Below, one piece after another: positions 63,906 to 64,000 of a DNA stretch of 64,000 bases; within the stretch, counting starts at the first letter, position 1; the number at the start of each line of letters is the position of its first letter. The translations under genes were made by a program, and so were the position numbers. The notes beneath the pieces were generated by a model. That model was not told where the DNA came from, did not search any database, and saw nothing but the letters and a program-made list of their open reading frames with translations. Where the stretch lies: sequence record PQ471515.1; one strand, given 5' to 3'.

Positions 63906-64000
63906 ATGCATAAAGAATTCTACTTAAGCCATCTGGAACTAAACTCCCAAATGCTTATACCACTAAAACCAATAGATATCAAGGATAAGAAAAATACCAA
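63906..64000 (+). CDS. Micro-gene array member, truncated by window end
   Basis: MHKEFYLSHL. Confidence 0.55.
   Translation, partial: MHKEFYLSHLELNSQMLIPLKPIDIKDKKNT

Noticed and set aside
39890-64000. Diversity-generating retroelement or invertase-driven switching behind the paralog arrays
   Set aside because: No reverse transcriptase, no TR/VR pair with adenine-specific differences, no recombinase and no inverted crossover sites in the window.
1-64000. Stop-codon reassignment (alternative genetic code)
   Set aside because: Coding density is high under code 11, known genes (denV, sigma, ATPase) are full length, and TAA, TGA and TAG all end coupled ORFs.

Overview
AT-rich (roughly one-third GC by eye), gene-dense segment of a large lytic dsDNA phage. 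It is most consistent with an enterobacterial jumbo myovirus of the Rak2/GAP32/121Q type; this is inferred from E. coli-type sigma70 promoters, a near-T4 denV, a phage sigma70-family gene and large paralog arrays, and the taxonomy is not verified. 1-39.9 kb is a + strand accessory region of small, translationally coupled ORFs driven by many TTGAC(A/T)...TATAAT promoters, ten of which sit in or beside a repeated cUUCGg-type terminator cassette. Recognisable genes there are a sigma70-family factor, an HslV-like Ntn peptidase, HNH and PD-(D/E)xK nucleases, denV, two or three T5orf172/GIY-YIG-type homing endonuclease-like genes, an AAA ATPase, a minimal kinase-like ORF, three Imm-like proteins and a 10-member 3-TM family. 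39.9-60.2 kb is a - strand tandem array of 17 genes that all start with the same 12-aa peptide (MLPFxRMxxYGN) fused to three unrelated folds (RCC1/BLIP-II, Kelch, Gly-rich), with a repeated terminator + TAAATA-N3-TATAAT + SD cassette between genes. 60.3-64 kb is a + strand array of at least 15 related 59-75 aa micro-genes. The palindrome AGTACT is strongly over-represented throughout, except in the homing-endonuclease ORFs. No tRNA, rRNA or CRISPR array was found. Best candidates for an undescribed system: the tag-plus-cargo array (possible modular virion display system), the AGTACT signal, and the divergent sigma factor with its possible cognate promoter.
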